Of a DNA stretch of 64,000 nt, positions 29,901 through 38,567 are shown piece by piece; position 1 is the first letter of the stretch, and every line of letters starts with the position of its first letter. Below the pieces are notes generated by a model. That model ran no database searches. It saw nothing but the letters and a program-made list of their open reading frames with translations, and had not been told where the DNA came from. The stretch comes from a virus: IMG/VR virus record IMGVR_UViG_3300042890_005556; one strand, given 5' to 3'. Made by a program: the position numbers and the translations under genes.

Positions 29901-31763
29901 CCACCTGAATTCAGAGCCACATGTACAAACCTGTTTGGAACATTACTACAAAATAGCATCATAGGGAAATACATCCCTTTCTGTACGCCAGAAGTAATAG
30001 TAACTGAGACGACACAGGGCGTGTCACAAAATGAAATCCAATCGATCATCGTACCAATATCAACAGGCGGTTTTTATACTTTAACCTTCGACTATAACGG
30101 TTCATACTCTGTCGAAGTGCCATACAACGCTGATGCTGCCGGTCTAAGAGCAAGCCTCGCTGGCCTACCCAATATCGGCACGACGAGCAACGTCTCTGTC
30201 AGCGGCAGCGGCTCAACCAGCGTTCCATTTATCATCGAATTCACTGGTGACCTGGCTCTAAAAGAGTTGCCACTCTTCATCGGTAACACCGAATCACTGA
30301 GCAGCATCGCATCAGGAACTGTCATAGTACTGACGACCGGTTCTACCTCGGAACGTCAAAGAATCATAAATTCAGCGTCCACAAGATCACCACTGATACT
30401 TTCATTTGATAGCTTCGTGACCGGAAGCATACCATACAATGCGTCTCTAAACGCATTTCAAGGAGCTCTCTCACTCATACCGTCACTCGGCTCACAAGTA
30501 TCAGTTAGCGGTAACACAGTCGACAGAGATTCGGCTTTCACTGGACCATACGATGTCGATTTCACGGGTGGTCTCGCTGGCCAATCCCAACCAGCGTTGA
30601 CACCGCTAGTAGTTGGTTATAGCCAAGAGCTGCTGTGGTCCGGCGCAACAGGTGTTAACAGCAAACAGCTAATTAGAATTTCAGCGACTTCAGGGACGTT
30701 CACTATTACCATATACGACACAGTTAATGGAGCACAATTAAGCGCCACGACTGCTCCTATAAGCTACGATGCGTCTGACATCATCGTCAGCAACTACATA
30801 GCGGCGGCTGCTAACTTCATAACTGTTGCAGACATGATCGTTACAAAGCTACCCTCCACTTCAGATACCACTCTTCATGAATGGACCATCGAATTTGTCG
30901 GAAGTTTCGCTAAAGTGCCGGTGCAAAAACTGGTCTTAAACACTGGGCTGCTGGTAAAACAGGATCAATTGTCAATCACAAGGAACCAGACCGGTTTTAG
31001 TGTCAGTGAAAAACAAAGGCTATCATTAAAGTTCGTTACCGGTGGTTATTACTATCTGCAAGTAACCGTGGGACTAGAGACTTTAATAACGGCAGCTATT
31101 CCATTCGACGCAACTGATGTACGATTGGAACAGGAATTGTCAGCTTTAAGCTTCTTCTCATCCGGCGACGTGGCTGTCAGAAGAACCCCTCTACAGCTTG
31201 ACGAGCAGAAGGCTTATATCATTACGTTTAGAAACTCATTTGGCGACTTGCCGATGATCAGGCCAATATACGACGGTTTTCTTATTTGCGACCCAACGAT
31301 TCAGATTGCTGGCCCGCCATATGATTACAAGGTGCCAATCTGCGAGACTGACCCATTGTCTCTTGCAGGATATAAAGACTTCTGTTACCCTGGACCGAAT
31401 GATGGTGCTTCACCATTACCTGATTGCTGCGATCTGAGCAGAACTGGTGATAATACGATTGATGTCATTCAGTATCAACGTGAACTGTATAATCCTGATA
31501 CTCGGCTCAATGGCAAGGTGGTTACGGTTAGACAGCTTGCAGCTATGAGAAGGCTGGCGGAGCACGATTTTTCTGTGTATTCTAGGGATTTCACTACTAG
31601 TTCCATCACGCCTATCTCTTATGATGCTGTGATTAGATCTGGGCTGAGTCTGCTGTTCGTCGAGAAGACCGTAGATACCTCCGCTGGCTTAGGCCAGATT
31701 GTGGGTCATCTATCATCATCTCAAGAGCTGCTGCCAACCAGAGTCTTATGGAATCTCAAATAA
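17964..31763 (+). CDS. Giant (4599 aa) virion structural/adhesion protein with LamG and jelly-roll domains and C-terminal NExQ repeats
   Basis: Uninterrupted 13.8-kb ORF; two LamG-like units (HYWK.NN, WTITGW.K, DDLR.Y...LS..E); Pro-rich linkers; four NEIQ/GG.F.L.F/I.YNA repeats. Confidence 0.8.
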   Translation: MATDPFANIGFRENFSQAYYTEIIIARNKKSIRFASSTPTVTNSYRQLMGGNLYRVAELLSITGPKQPVAIENKLQYKKDQPYSLYDQGQISDEFRIQNVDPTLSLENRESYWARVSSPLGREWAAYYAGTDAKIGYLANFIDRNLDDFTGTNFAGFVSGTLNNDNDKPNLYDTVKIGNIFGSTVQGSQTASVSVEPGMYKSFISCKVTQDTRYFDPTGAEIIQTAESGDLFADEFVLNFYIFPGYHTFYYGSWKITIEPTNTTGTHRVFIQHARYYTSAEYNMQPIVRKFSADFDWDGTLSEFNLITIKYLFTPRPQGSASTGTINIGNSTSKVSLFVNAVPVFASGSDSIWPPSYPKVYRGSSGAGLPSYTQKPYIDLKMAPDNTPVFIVWDNAVPFGITKSEFAFILITDKLVDLKGLYTHLIRFERIMPNLTIETTPNPVVPPTPPVGGITSKFYNRATYSLAPAVLMELNKILLDFMLSQPNIRISSGPLESDPILNRMLAAASTTKKYSSAIESDKNVLDLLREPVLVVDDTNSLLPYILLEYGLPNDNVGQLRVKITEIKSPNVIDEVSSEIELQGYAEYIIKTITTDSWTAGTVTLSTNFRFYVDDSGMYEPKLDPYIVNNPNQLTLNEFGQVYVESMRVTWAFPRDVNSPFVIPDSFFTRYNRVVDVVTQEVEIAKLFDTERDLLPNGLPVDLNMSNKPGTTPPIPPNPGTTPTLYYNRAEWSVQPAKEAEIEEVLKQFMISNQVITSADSRFRNILNTALLTDYRVIRTFEMSLGFGEQILDVVDTPLATSSNEVEIFYAPTDSTFVDHSKTSGVQLRARIPINDPNRNNSQIDLSSTAKFTFDIPANFDSPSGDLSEYGAGTIEIFVDFVLRQADVARPDIGSANPYIVGNNNEFILSSSYRLGALRATITADIGLGTDFIDEFDINLEPIKLDQFGAGTLVDITPFITGGVPVSINMSNAPGTVGIGVPGGTPLPPSGGSLSPSKNYTATFTLADQPFKIFEIDNLKGLLNFYSFQDTLNYTLYDLLLTPYSQKVPISRYASDVFKLALIEQGKIPGHPSDQTAGFLKAYTAYFNDQDCVLPEGSPLDPSCQALTIEYIIAPKETNKVLTLGTNLLKMGMVINLGCNGGANCVVVSGKQIPRVNGVPTAQLSYDFTMEMIVTEDTSGVTPPTSPSIIVTYNLSGPIALWGFLIGQYSLINVSRYTGGAYNKVIAYDEATMKSGTNFLVKAFGTDSPLYEAGNIAPIKLSARGKRLWGSDPDDFTNDYTQIDFFVTAYIDTRFTKTLTGSLISDLDAPNTTRAAIVYVIEPVTVPFPRFDGTIVPSKKLPTVTYTDYTNVLMTKRFPSDGGDGGDGGDGGDTTVKKYNGKWNLGPDFIRAIENTYIEFLQVPTFNWRLDNVASKGLGSYDKLLWELVSGGVNPIVNNWQTAGYPTGVGLQRPIDSRSVQYWMEDVLKYNGVGTGPTGAPVTLAYSSSFQGSNLKLTVYMNIAVRDIRLEAEKSTSVTLDISNIIGELSEGGINKTYLFANRSTSFTILVDVYEAMQTFSAPQEMMLAQTVPDSYIWQPPKYIIVNSDSLKYNDGLNDVYYFRDGYQTALRQTYSFVGTRTSQNDVIATYRHGDASSYDPETTNYDVVVGGFDLVYHKGTPNTLTLLPIEIIESKTKKKFVCFGSIREVGNILNASIKSNVVMTFITDNGSTSDTDGAYWVYDNTWKEWSHTIPINTGDELNLYCYSCLTNQVGTLETNINIITKFNVKPTPNNPPPSVDPTEIFPAEFSYDQLIQKVPALPVVYPPGFPNPSVYRFEYPKTMAVKAKSSTDTYEFFLESIDSTQRIATYKLYEFVNNELTVGGFTVEYTPHVSFKLSKVDVYSADLDRDFECFGVIHIIYDNDGALLSADTWEIIPTFEDPNDFANWYLTVVQDPLTGGNHFNTYCNDGTNFKCSANNLKFVMRIDANFKHYAPEPPAIIVAPPVSGPPIPLPIYSTGYNVASDRQIAFIGEPDSNWKITSFITGPETAPTHYWKLNNGLTDSVGDLPFVAHPAMRVEQGQSRPRFARIADFTYGVGAVWSNIQTQTTPENAIYPNNPGVVSGSTTIGKGIEHGLYAYVASQTSNRILDSNAWTITGWLKMPIKPYVANIDNAGGILEEMVFSISPFTPLPLQPPSVTSSYVFGPELIVGSAPRISVYVIYAFRDSTPAEVYGERFFKKAGHIYVYFKSTRTSEPTYAGKETGLNAVLVDEAGDIIYRDLLTGDIASEEGTTSRACNFLEIPGPDLIRANVWSFISIKKQEAFDDRLIISINGRDYTAIFQSAIVTDELLKKVNFIQAMAPLDDLRTYDSELSDLELKLISRVGSAEGGVVPREYSPGGVVSGVISSQVFAYDHFNPSEEIQPYWWPAGYTSGSTIVPDRTNLYQQYNARWVSPPPKLGIDASPVAKSFHYATEFDLTGITLNTVKISFLCSGDDRIVDIIVNGTSTGYNNISEIGGLPATNTTAYDNLRYRNLWDVKLPTGSGHLFVQTINTIDIVVENQAITDLSVATNPTGLYVYVYEKTGVPLPILEDPRAIILDIVDTGHNKILNQPIPIGSSDSNWVIEKVERSETAPSHYWKFNNSLNDLAPAVGSTPLPFAQYLVQSTFKAGVVVGNAGNPQNTGVVQNAVFPFIPGSPTSEYGKHILVISEGGTNSKLINSSVGWTITGWIKIPLYDGSIPSLAELTTISAISLDVFAANTPTMKFKFCYFGAGNRKTGALYLDFTYGELDSNRAMTIPDQSTNFIEIIPNQGAFSQNEWVFFSIRRTPRTTAPSGAISDGTIILTINGIDYTIKEPYIPGASSTFDTMSWIDFSCPADDLRIYGNKVLSNSELKFISKYDFTSIIPGENDHATAEGVPREYLNTYITAPSPVFAYDYVNQYSPAQPYWWPQAVPNQASLYGEYKARWVSPPSTTGINISRLENTGFHYYKTTFNLANIDLETVKISFLCSGDDQISDIIVNGKSTGYNNLSQVGGLPGSDSAYQNSRFRNLWDVKLPVGKTHLYVQTINTLTIVVQNKNLEDTIAISNPTGLYVHFYEKKGIPVPAQPIIDPILFTISQQLYKDPTVIPIDPEPIVLPKPAPRPVDLTRSSKCLELAAYSYFALGPVNTTKLTTFNRASNIWAFATTNKPNAFGQNRNRYGFTTSDAVWVRPTTEPNTCKYQLNCRDTQSATMAKNNVIYRTITAPADTWITIGWRQETPLPGFRLAGDTVGIKVATVIKSAVGPDHIKVTTDTQTVFGMPTKRVIPPCYTAVAEYNKTIVSIEIIIYSTGIVYENFIDDIVIEYGPGYCDEINCIDTFTGTDAILKYTGMSRELVSKDSTEAKLIQYGPTELNFGSRYYINAGVTASQTIELGGFLNKNAKVSISISGYSATKTNGVTVRLETFDENMQPLELFTENLGVTNPGSFYTTDTFDNASQVNLLTTSKFVLGQAARIIKVLVTSQLNKFYLGFIDVCTDQDVTFIKTPPTLDCKGNVNKLRVLLNVNGVPREEVNIFQAFCRYTVLTNTTYRTQQIVETTSTADGRTGTALPTKCDDAALCNYWKQQGVNDTVDQLILTRTITDNDAAVDISRIASGSYNLLTGIDNWIWASPLNRGFGPDQYILQFPDTQNKVAEDNYVESLEIFLSANRAQVSNATCLPAIGLAYKFADFITVSSTSAILPISIPKLNVENPTTLRFDRVSLNKIGSITTANYVLARRTCSDKFVLTGGFTVEHHPENGEYFVIKAYDWSKSPNTLLGVVDSCRNILDYSTLFTLGSLTTANNLAANDTTRTAFFFKPTNNAYSSTGPNNTQFFELLVPQSSQFDIFSANNNTNSVPVTLVIDKANVQSYEISATFTWDNTSGEIITDLTGESDCKDPADAISVTIEYINAVGAKKRFTREIPLTELNTIEETNTEDWNALRAFGNGLKGDYATWASTKFELDKPYGGGLDQCLPPFIPPEFRATCTNLFGTLLQNSIIGKYIPFCTPEVIVTETTQGVSQNEIQSIIVPISTGGFYTLTFDYNGSYSVEVPYNADAAGLRASLAGLPNIGTTSNVSVSGSGSTSVPFIIEFTGDLALKELPLFIGNTESLSSIASGTVIVLTTGSTSERQRIINSASTRSPLILSFDSFVTGSIPYNASLNAFQGALSLIPSLGSQVSVSGNTVDRDSAFTGPYDVDFTGGLAGQSQPALTPLVVGYSQELLWSGATGVNSKQLIRISATSGTFTITIYDTVNGAQLSATTAPISYDASDIIVSNYIAAAANFITVADMIVTKLPSTSDTTLHEWTIEFVGSFAKVPVQKLVLNTGLLVKQDQLSITRNQTGFSVSEKQRLSLKFVTGGYYYLQVTVGLETLITAAIPFDATDVRLEQELSALSFFSSGDVAVRRTPLQLDEQKAYIITFRNSFGDLPMIRPIYDGFLICDPTIQIAGPPYDYKVPICETDPLSLAGYKDFCYPGPNDGASPLPDCCDLSRTGDNTIDVIQYQRELYNPDTRLNGKVVTVRQLAAMRRLAEHDFSVYSRDFTTSSITPISYDAVIRSGLSLLFVEKTVDTSAGLGQIVGHLSSSQELLPTRVLWNLK
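19338..20890 (+). repeat. Tandem duplicated ~260-aa module within the giant protein
   Basis: YNRATYS...FM.SQ...PYIV.N.N...GLPVDLNMSNKPG repeated as YNRAEWS...FM.SN...PYIVGNNN...GVPVSINMSNAPG. Confidence 0.65.
22041..22076 (+). repeat. (GACGGCGGA)x4 minisatellite encoding a DGG linker
   Basis: Exact 9-nt tandem repeat. Confidence 0.95.
23946..27215 (+). repeat. Tandem duplicated LamG + jelly-roll module (about 23946-25663 and 25701-27215)
   Basis: Both copies share DSNW, ETAP.HYWK, QPYWWP, ARWVSPP, ISFLCSGDD.I.DIIVNG.STGYNN, RNLWDVKLP and NPTGLYV. Confidence 0.85.
30030..31260 (+). repeat. Four ~100-aa NExQ-type beta repeats
   Basis: NEIQ/SERQ/NSKQ/SEKQ, each followed by (I/V)x(Y/F)(N/D)A and I.F.G-like motifs. 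Confidence 0.7.
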
Positions 31764-32329
31764 TATTCGGAACGTGTAATGTCCAATATGATGGTAGAGC
31801 TACGAGCACACTTATTGATGGGAAGTACCTCATCATCATTAAGAGTGATGGTAGCCTCATAATTCATGATAGTAAGATGCTAAAGCCTAAGAACTATATA
31901 GGCCCAAAGGCTAGAATCTCTATGGTCGGCAATCAGATTATTGCTGAGTGTAAGAAGGAGAAGATTATTATAAATCTGTTAGAAGCTGAAAGCTTGCATT
32001 TAGCTGGCTGGGAAAATAAGAATATTGAGTTGACACGAACTGAGTTTGAGTTGCGTGATAAGCTCACTGAGAATATTGAATGGTACTTGGGCGTTGTGCC
32101 GGTTAAGGTGGAGAAGGAGTTTAAGACGAAGTATGGTGTTATTGATCTTTTGGTGGTGGATGATTGTGAGGTTACGCATATTATTGAGGTGAAGAGGGAT
32201 AAGGCTTCTGTTTCTGCTTGTTCTCAGCTTTATAGGTATTATCAGAATCTAGGTGCTGCTAGGGTGATGGGTTATATTGCTTCGCCTAGGATCACTGAAA
32301 GTGCTATGATGTTTTTGGAGGAGTATGGG

Positions 32330-34033
<1,704 letters not shown>

Positions 34034-34048
34034 ATTAGGAGTAAGTCC

Positions 34049-34408
34049 ATGGCAGACAGTTGGATGTTAATCAGCTACGGTAATTTTGAGAAAACTAAAA
34101 AACTATTTAGCTATGACAGGTTTGGAATCCATACCCTGCCAATATTCGAAGATGCTATGATCGCCGACGAATTTATGAAAAATTTGTCTGAGCTATACCG
34201 CAAGGAAAAGAAGTTCACGCTGAACTACTGCGAAAGTAAGAAAAAACTCATCGATATCATAGACCTAATAACCATAGTGACATACGACCTAGACCAAATA
34301 ATAATAGACCCATCTTCTGCGAACGAGAGTACGCCAGAAAGATTTTCCATCGGAGAGAAAGTCTATAAGATCCAAGACTTCAAAGAATTACTTCTTCAAA
34401 AGTCTTAA
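34049..34408 (+). CDS. Hypothetical protein
   Basis: AGGAG RBS before ATG 34049. Confidence 0.65.
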   Translation: MADSWMLISYGNFEKTKKLFSYDRFGIHTLPIFEDAMIADEFMKNLSELYRKEKKFTLNYCESKKKLIDIIDLITIVTYDLDQIIIDPSSANESTPERFSIGEKVYKIQDFKELLLQKS

Positions 34409-34422
34409 AATCATCAGAGCAC

Positions 34423-35370
34423 TCAAAATAAGACATCGTCCTTGGCTGCTGGCCACTTTCCGTTCGCTGTGGAAAAGAAATGGCTGTTTTCGAACCATCT
34501 AACTTTGATGGTTTGATAAAAAGATGTATAGGAAATGGCAAATCCGTTCTTGTGTTGGATAATTGACGGATACGAGCCATATGAGTCAAGCCCCGCAAAA
34601 TGCAAGTAATTTTTAGAACCAGTGAAGACACCGACGGAAAGGTCTTTACGTCGTATCCCAGTGGTATTGTTGTAAACGTACAGAAGACAATTCATATAAT
34701 AAAGAACAGCAATGCTGCTATTATTATTAGGAATGCTTGTGTTGCTGGACACATTACCAGCATGTAGTTTACTGTACAGATTACTAGATTTAAAATTTCG
34801 TGTTAAAGCGTTGATCTCACCATCATACCAAATAGCCGGCTGGATCTCGCAAGATCCAAAACGCTTGGATTCAGAGTAGTCAAAGCCATTGCCAGTGTAC
34901 AGAACACACTCTCCAGAAAACTCATCATACAGCGGCAAAATCGTCTTGCCGTCGTGCGTTATTGGTGAGCACCTGCCAAGAAGATGAAGCTGACTATCTG
35001 CAATTTTAACCGGTTCAGAGCATTTTAGAGAGTCAGTATCTTCTATCTTTCTGACGAATAGATCACAGAAAGCCCATTTCATAACAGGTCTGGTAATGAA
35101 CGGATGGGCCACGAACTTAGAGTACAAGATATAACAATCACCTAGCGAATCTTTATACAATACTGGATTACCAGTACCATCTTCAAATTCGACGCTGGCT
35201 TTGTCGTTTGTTAAAATTACTCTTTGATTGTCTGAGCATTCATATTCACATGTATAGAAGGCGACTAGAAGTTTATCATCTATCGAAAGCAATGTTGAGC
35301 AATGATTAAATACTTCACAGCTGTATAAGCTTGTGGTTTCACCTAAAATATACTTTAGAGATTTTCTCAT
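34423..35370 (-). CDS. BNR/sialidase-like beta-propeller protein
   Basis: HCSTL, GNPVL, ILPLYDE, IQPAI, IPNNNSSI, R..LS and SYPSII motifs of the BNR_2 family. Confidence 0.75.
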   Translation of the reverse strand: MRKSLKYILGETTSLYSCEVFNHCSTLLSIDDKLLVAFYTCEYECSDNQRVILTNDKASVEFEDGTGNPVLYKDSLGDCYILYSKFVAHPFITRPVMKWAFCDLFVRKIEDTDSLKCSEPVKIADSQLHLLGRCSPITHDGKTILPLYDEFSGECVLYTGNGFDYSESKRFGSCEIQPAIWYDGEINALTRNFKSSNLYSKLHAGNVSSNTSIPNNNSSIAVLYYMNCLLYVYNNTTGIRRKDLSVGVFTGSKNYLHFAGLDSYGSYPSIIQHKNGFAISYTSFYQTIKVRWFENSHFFSTANGKWPAAKDDVLF

Positions 35371-35381
35371 AGGATTGAACC

Positions 35382-35774
35382 ATGGCTATTGATGTCAAAG
35401 CTTTAAGCAGTTGGGTTAGGCAATTAAGGCATAGAGCCAAAAAGCACAATTTATATAACGATTTAACAATCCAAGAGATACAAACTGTCATAATAGAATA
35501 TAAGAATATGTGTTGTCTGTGTGAAAATGTTTCTGAAGTATTAGATATGGCGTACCCCCTACGTAATGGTGCTCCTAATGTCCAAGCGAATGTCTTGCCA
35601 CTGTGCAAACAATGTAAAAAGACTAAAGGTAATGATGATTTGACTGCAATGTACACTTCTGGTGTTATAGATAGGGATAAATTTTTAACTATTATAAAGT
35701 CTTGTTTTGGTTTTAATCATGGCGATGTATTAAGGATACATGTGCGTACTTTGAGTGGTCATATTGACGATTGA
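35382..35774 (+). CDS. HNH-like zinc-finger protein, probably catalytically dead
   Basis: CCLC...LDMAYPL..G.PN...N.LPLCKQCKKTKG; the catalytic His position holds Met. Confidence 0.65.
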   Translation: MAIDVKALSSWVRQLRHRAKKHNLYNDLTIQEIQTVIIEYKNMCCLCENVSEVLDMAYPLRNGAPNVQANVLPLCKQCKKTKGNDDLTAMYTSGVIDRDKFLTIIKSCFGFNHGDVLRIHVRTLSGHIDD

Positions 35775-35809
35775 TTGGATCATTTGCCATATAGTCAAGG
35801 AGGAAAACC

Positions 35810-36535
35810 ATGAGTAATACAGGTGGTCGTGCGATATACGGTGTGAATGATAATATCCGGATTTTAGAGCTAGATGGCTCTGTAAGTCGAGATGTATACG
35901 TTGTAGATCAAGACCGTTCCGATAGGAAGGGACATCTACGATTAATACATAAGAATTCCGGACTTGCAAAGAAAGTCCATCACCGAAGGATTCTCACTAA
36001 TTATGACGATGACATGGCGGTCGTGCTTGAGAATGGTAATAAATTCTATGCCTTGTGCCCGAAATGCGGCAAAACCGAAGAAATACTGCCAACACGAGAT
36101 GACATAACATGCCCACAATGTGGACAGTTCTCATTGTACTGGTTGAGCACCAAGCCCGATTTGGGAGTCTACCAGACAAAAACCCTGAACGAAAGAAAGC
36201 CGAAGAAAGAAATGGCTAAAAATAATAAAGTAGACATAACACAGTTACTGACATTAGAAGAATGTGAATTATGGTCGAAAACAGTAGCGTTCGATCATGA
36301 GAGAATAGACGCTAGAGCGTTCGTTCTCATTTACACGGCTGAGAATACAAGAAAGTACTGTTTTAACACCTATGATGGTATGCTTGGTAAAAAATCGAAA
36401 CTATACATAGAGGAATTCATATCAAACGCCAGCATAGATGGTATTAGTCACGTGCCTTGGTTCAGTATTTCAGAAATTGAGGCAGTCAGAAAGAAGCTAG
36501 CGAAGTCTGGGTACGCCATACACAAGGAGGTATAG
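35810..36535 (+). CDS. Zinc-ribbon-containing hypothetical protein
   Basis: CPKCG...CPQCG; GGAGG RBS. Confidence 0.75.
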   Translation: MSNTGGRAIYGVNDNIRILELDGSVSRDVYVVDQDRSDRKGHLRLIHKNSGLAKKVHHRRILTNYDDDMAVVLENGNKFYALCPKCGKTEEILPTRDDITCPQCGQFSLYWLSTKPDLGVYQTKTLNERKPKKEMAKNNKVDITQLLTLEECELWSKTVAFDHERIDARAFVLIYTAENTRKYCFNTYDGMLGKKSKLYIEEFISNASIDGISHVPWFSISEIEAVRKKLAKSGYAIHKEV

Positions 36536-36721
36536 ATGTTAGTGCTTGCAAGAAAATTGAACCAGAAGATCATCATAGACGACCACACTGTAGTAACTAT
36601 AGTGAAGATCGGGAAGGATTATGTTCGTCTCGGCATCGAGGCACCTGATCAAGTAAAAATATTCAGAGAAGAGATATATCCTTCTGAGGCAAATGATGGC
36701 GGAAAACCAAGCAGCGCATAA
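36536..36721 (+). CDS. csrA: Carbon storage regulator CsrA
   Basis: MLVLARK.NQ.III....V.....VRLGIEAP..V.I.REEI. Confidence 0.92.
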   Translation: MLVLARKLNQKIIIDDHTVVTIVKIGKDYVRLGIEAPDQVKIFREEIYPSEANDGGKPSSA

Positions 36722-36950
36722 CTTATATGTTTTGCGTAAAATGATAAGAGCACTGCAAGAACCGGCCAGAACTGCCATCTTTGAACAGATAGAGCTAATG
36801 ATTGATTCCATAGCAGACCAAGAACGAACATTCCACGCTAAAATATCGTCAGATATGCACGACATACAAGTTCTATTGTCTGCTATGCAATTTGATCTAG
36901 AGTCCACTAAAAAAGAACGTGACAAATATAGAGCCATGCTAGGAGAATAA
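36693..36950 (+). CDS. Small coiled-coil hypothetical protein
   Basis: Fills the gap between csrA and fcl; helical composition. Confidence 0.6.
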   Translation: MMAENQAAHNLYVLRKMIRALQEPARTAIFEQIELMIDSIADQERTFHAKISSDMHDIQVLLSAMQFDLESTKKERDKYRAMLGE

Positions 36951-36952
36951 TC

Positions 36953-37930
36953 ATGGATCTGCGTGATAAAAAAGTGCTGATTACAGGCGGAAAAGGTTTT
37001 TTAGGTACTCACGTTGCAGATGAAATAAAGCGACTTGGGTTACACATCGAAGACCTCGACCAAAACATTGTTAACGCAGCAAAACCAGGCACAGCGTATG
37101 TTTTTAAGTCAGAAACAGCAGACCTCACCAGCATCGAACAGACATACTGGCTATTTAAAAAAATAAGACCAGATGTAGTCATCCATCTGGCAGCTGCAGT
37201 CGGTGGCATCAAAGCAAATAGCAAAGCCCCAGGAACATTCTTCTACAAGAATATGACTATGGGTATGAATGTCATAGAGGCATGCAGAATTTACAAAACA
37301 AGTAAACTGGCTATAATAGGAACAGTCTGCAGCTATCCCAAATGGACACCAACGCCGTTCAAAGAGATAGACCTATGGAATGGCTACCCAGAAGAAACGA
37401 ACGCACCATACGGAATAGCCAAAAAAGCTCTATTCGTACAAGCAGACGCATATAAAAAAGAATACGGCATGGACTCAATATGTCTACTACCCGTAAACCT
37501 GTATGGTCCCCACGACAACTTCGACCTAGAAACATCACACGTAATACCAGCACTCATCAAAAAAATGTATGATGCTAAAAAATATGACATGCCGAAAATG
37601 GAATGCTGGGGTTCAGGATCAGCATCAAGAGAATTCCTCTATGTTAAAGATGCCGCAGCAGCCATTGTGAAAGCAGTGACATTCTACAATAAAACCGAGC
37701 CAGTCAACATAGGGACAGGACAAGAAATCACCATTGCTGACCTAGCGAACAAAATAAAAGAATATACTCGCTATAGAGGCGAGATAGTATGGAGAAATGA
37801 CGACATAGATGGACAAAAAAGACGCTGCCTCGACACCACCAAAGCCGCCGAAGAGTTCGGTTTTACTGCCAGAACAACCCTCGACGAAGGACTCAAAGAA
37901 ACCATTAAATGGTATGACCAAAACAATTAA
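36953..37930 (+). CDS. fcl: GDP-L-fucose synthase
   Basis: TGGKGFLG, HLAAAVGGI.AN, GTVCSYP, YGIAK, PVNLYGP.DNF...SHVIPALI.K and WG.G..SREFLY. Confidence 0.93.
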   Translation: MDLRDKKVLITGGKGFLGTHVADEIKRLGLHIEDLDQNIVNAAKPGTAYVFKSETADLTSIEQTYWLFKKIRPDVVIHLAAAVGGIKANSKAPGTFFYKNMTMGMNVIEACRIYKTSKLAIIGTVCSYPKWTPTPFKEIDLWNGYPEETNAPYGIAKKALFVQADAYKKEYGMDSICLLPVNLYGPHDNFDLETSHVIPALIKKMYDAKKYDMPKMECWGSGSASREFLYVKDAAAAIVKAVTFYNKTEPVNIGTGQEITIADLANKIKEYTRYRGEIVWRNDDIDGQKRRCLDTTKAAEEFGFTARTTLDEGLKETIKWYDQNN

Positions 37931-38339
37931 CATAGAGATAAGCCCAGGCGAGCTAATCGACAGATACTCAATCGTGCTAATCAAACGAGAAATGATTTGG
38001 GACGAGGATAAGCAAAATAGCATCCAAATAGAATTAACCAGATTAAAAACAACATTTGAAGCACTTAACATATCAGACCGCGACATTCACCTTATAAACC
38101 TGTATAAGGTGAACAGAGCCATATGGGACAAAGAAGAAGACATAAGAGAGATACACAGAAACTCAGCCATAGAATCCATATGGTGGTCGAATAAAAATAA
38201 GCGAATAAGAGCTGGAGAGATAGGTATAGCAATAGCCATACTTAATGACCAAAGGTGTTCCATAAAACGAGAGATTAACCGAAGTTGCGGATACGCAGTC
38301 TTAGAAGAAAAAAGCCACATGACGACGGAAAACGAATGA
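37914..38339 (+). CDS. DUF6165-like protein
   Basis: IS.GELID..SI..IK, L..VN..IWD.E..IR, ND.R..IK..IN...G....EEK. Confidence 0.65.
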   Translation: MTKTINIEISPGELIDRYSIVLIKREMIWDEDKQNSIQIELTRLKTTFEALNISDRDIHLINLYKVNRAIWDKEEDIREIHRNSAIESIWWSNKNKRIRAGEIGIAIAILNDQRCSIKREINRSCGYAVLEEKSHMTTENE

Positions 38340-38566
38340 CACAAGACTTCAAACAAACAGTAAACAGCGGGCAACCGTTTAAACTTAAAACAATCCATAT
38401 GACAACAATGTCGATATACTACCTAAAATATGACGGAACAGACTATACGCTAGAGAGCGAAAATGACAAATTAAGCGTAGAACGTATTAAATTCATATCA
38501 GACGAAAACGTCTCATTACACCTGAGTAACGGCAGAGAAGATACCTTCATCATAATAGGGGCTTGA
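38336..38566 (+). CDS. Small hypothetical protein
   Basis: ATGA overlap with the upstream stop. Confidence 0.55.
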   Translation: MTQDFKQTVNSGQPFKLKTIHMTTMSIYYLKYDGTDYTLESENDKLSVERIKFISDENVSLHLSNGREDTFIIIGA

Positions 38567-38567
38567 A

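Noticed and set aside
19352-30325. Many short minus-strand and alternate-frame ORFs inside the giant gene
   Set aside because: Stop-poor shadows of a long coding strand; no RBS or motifs.
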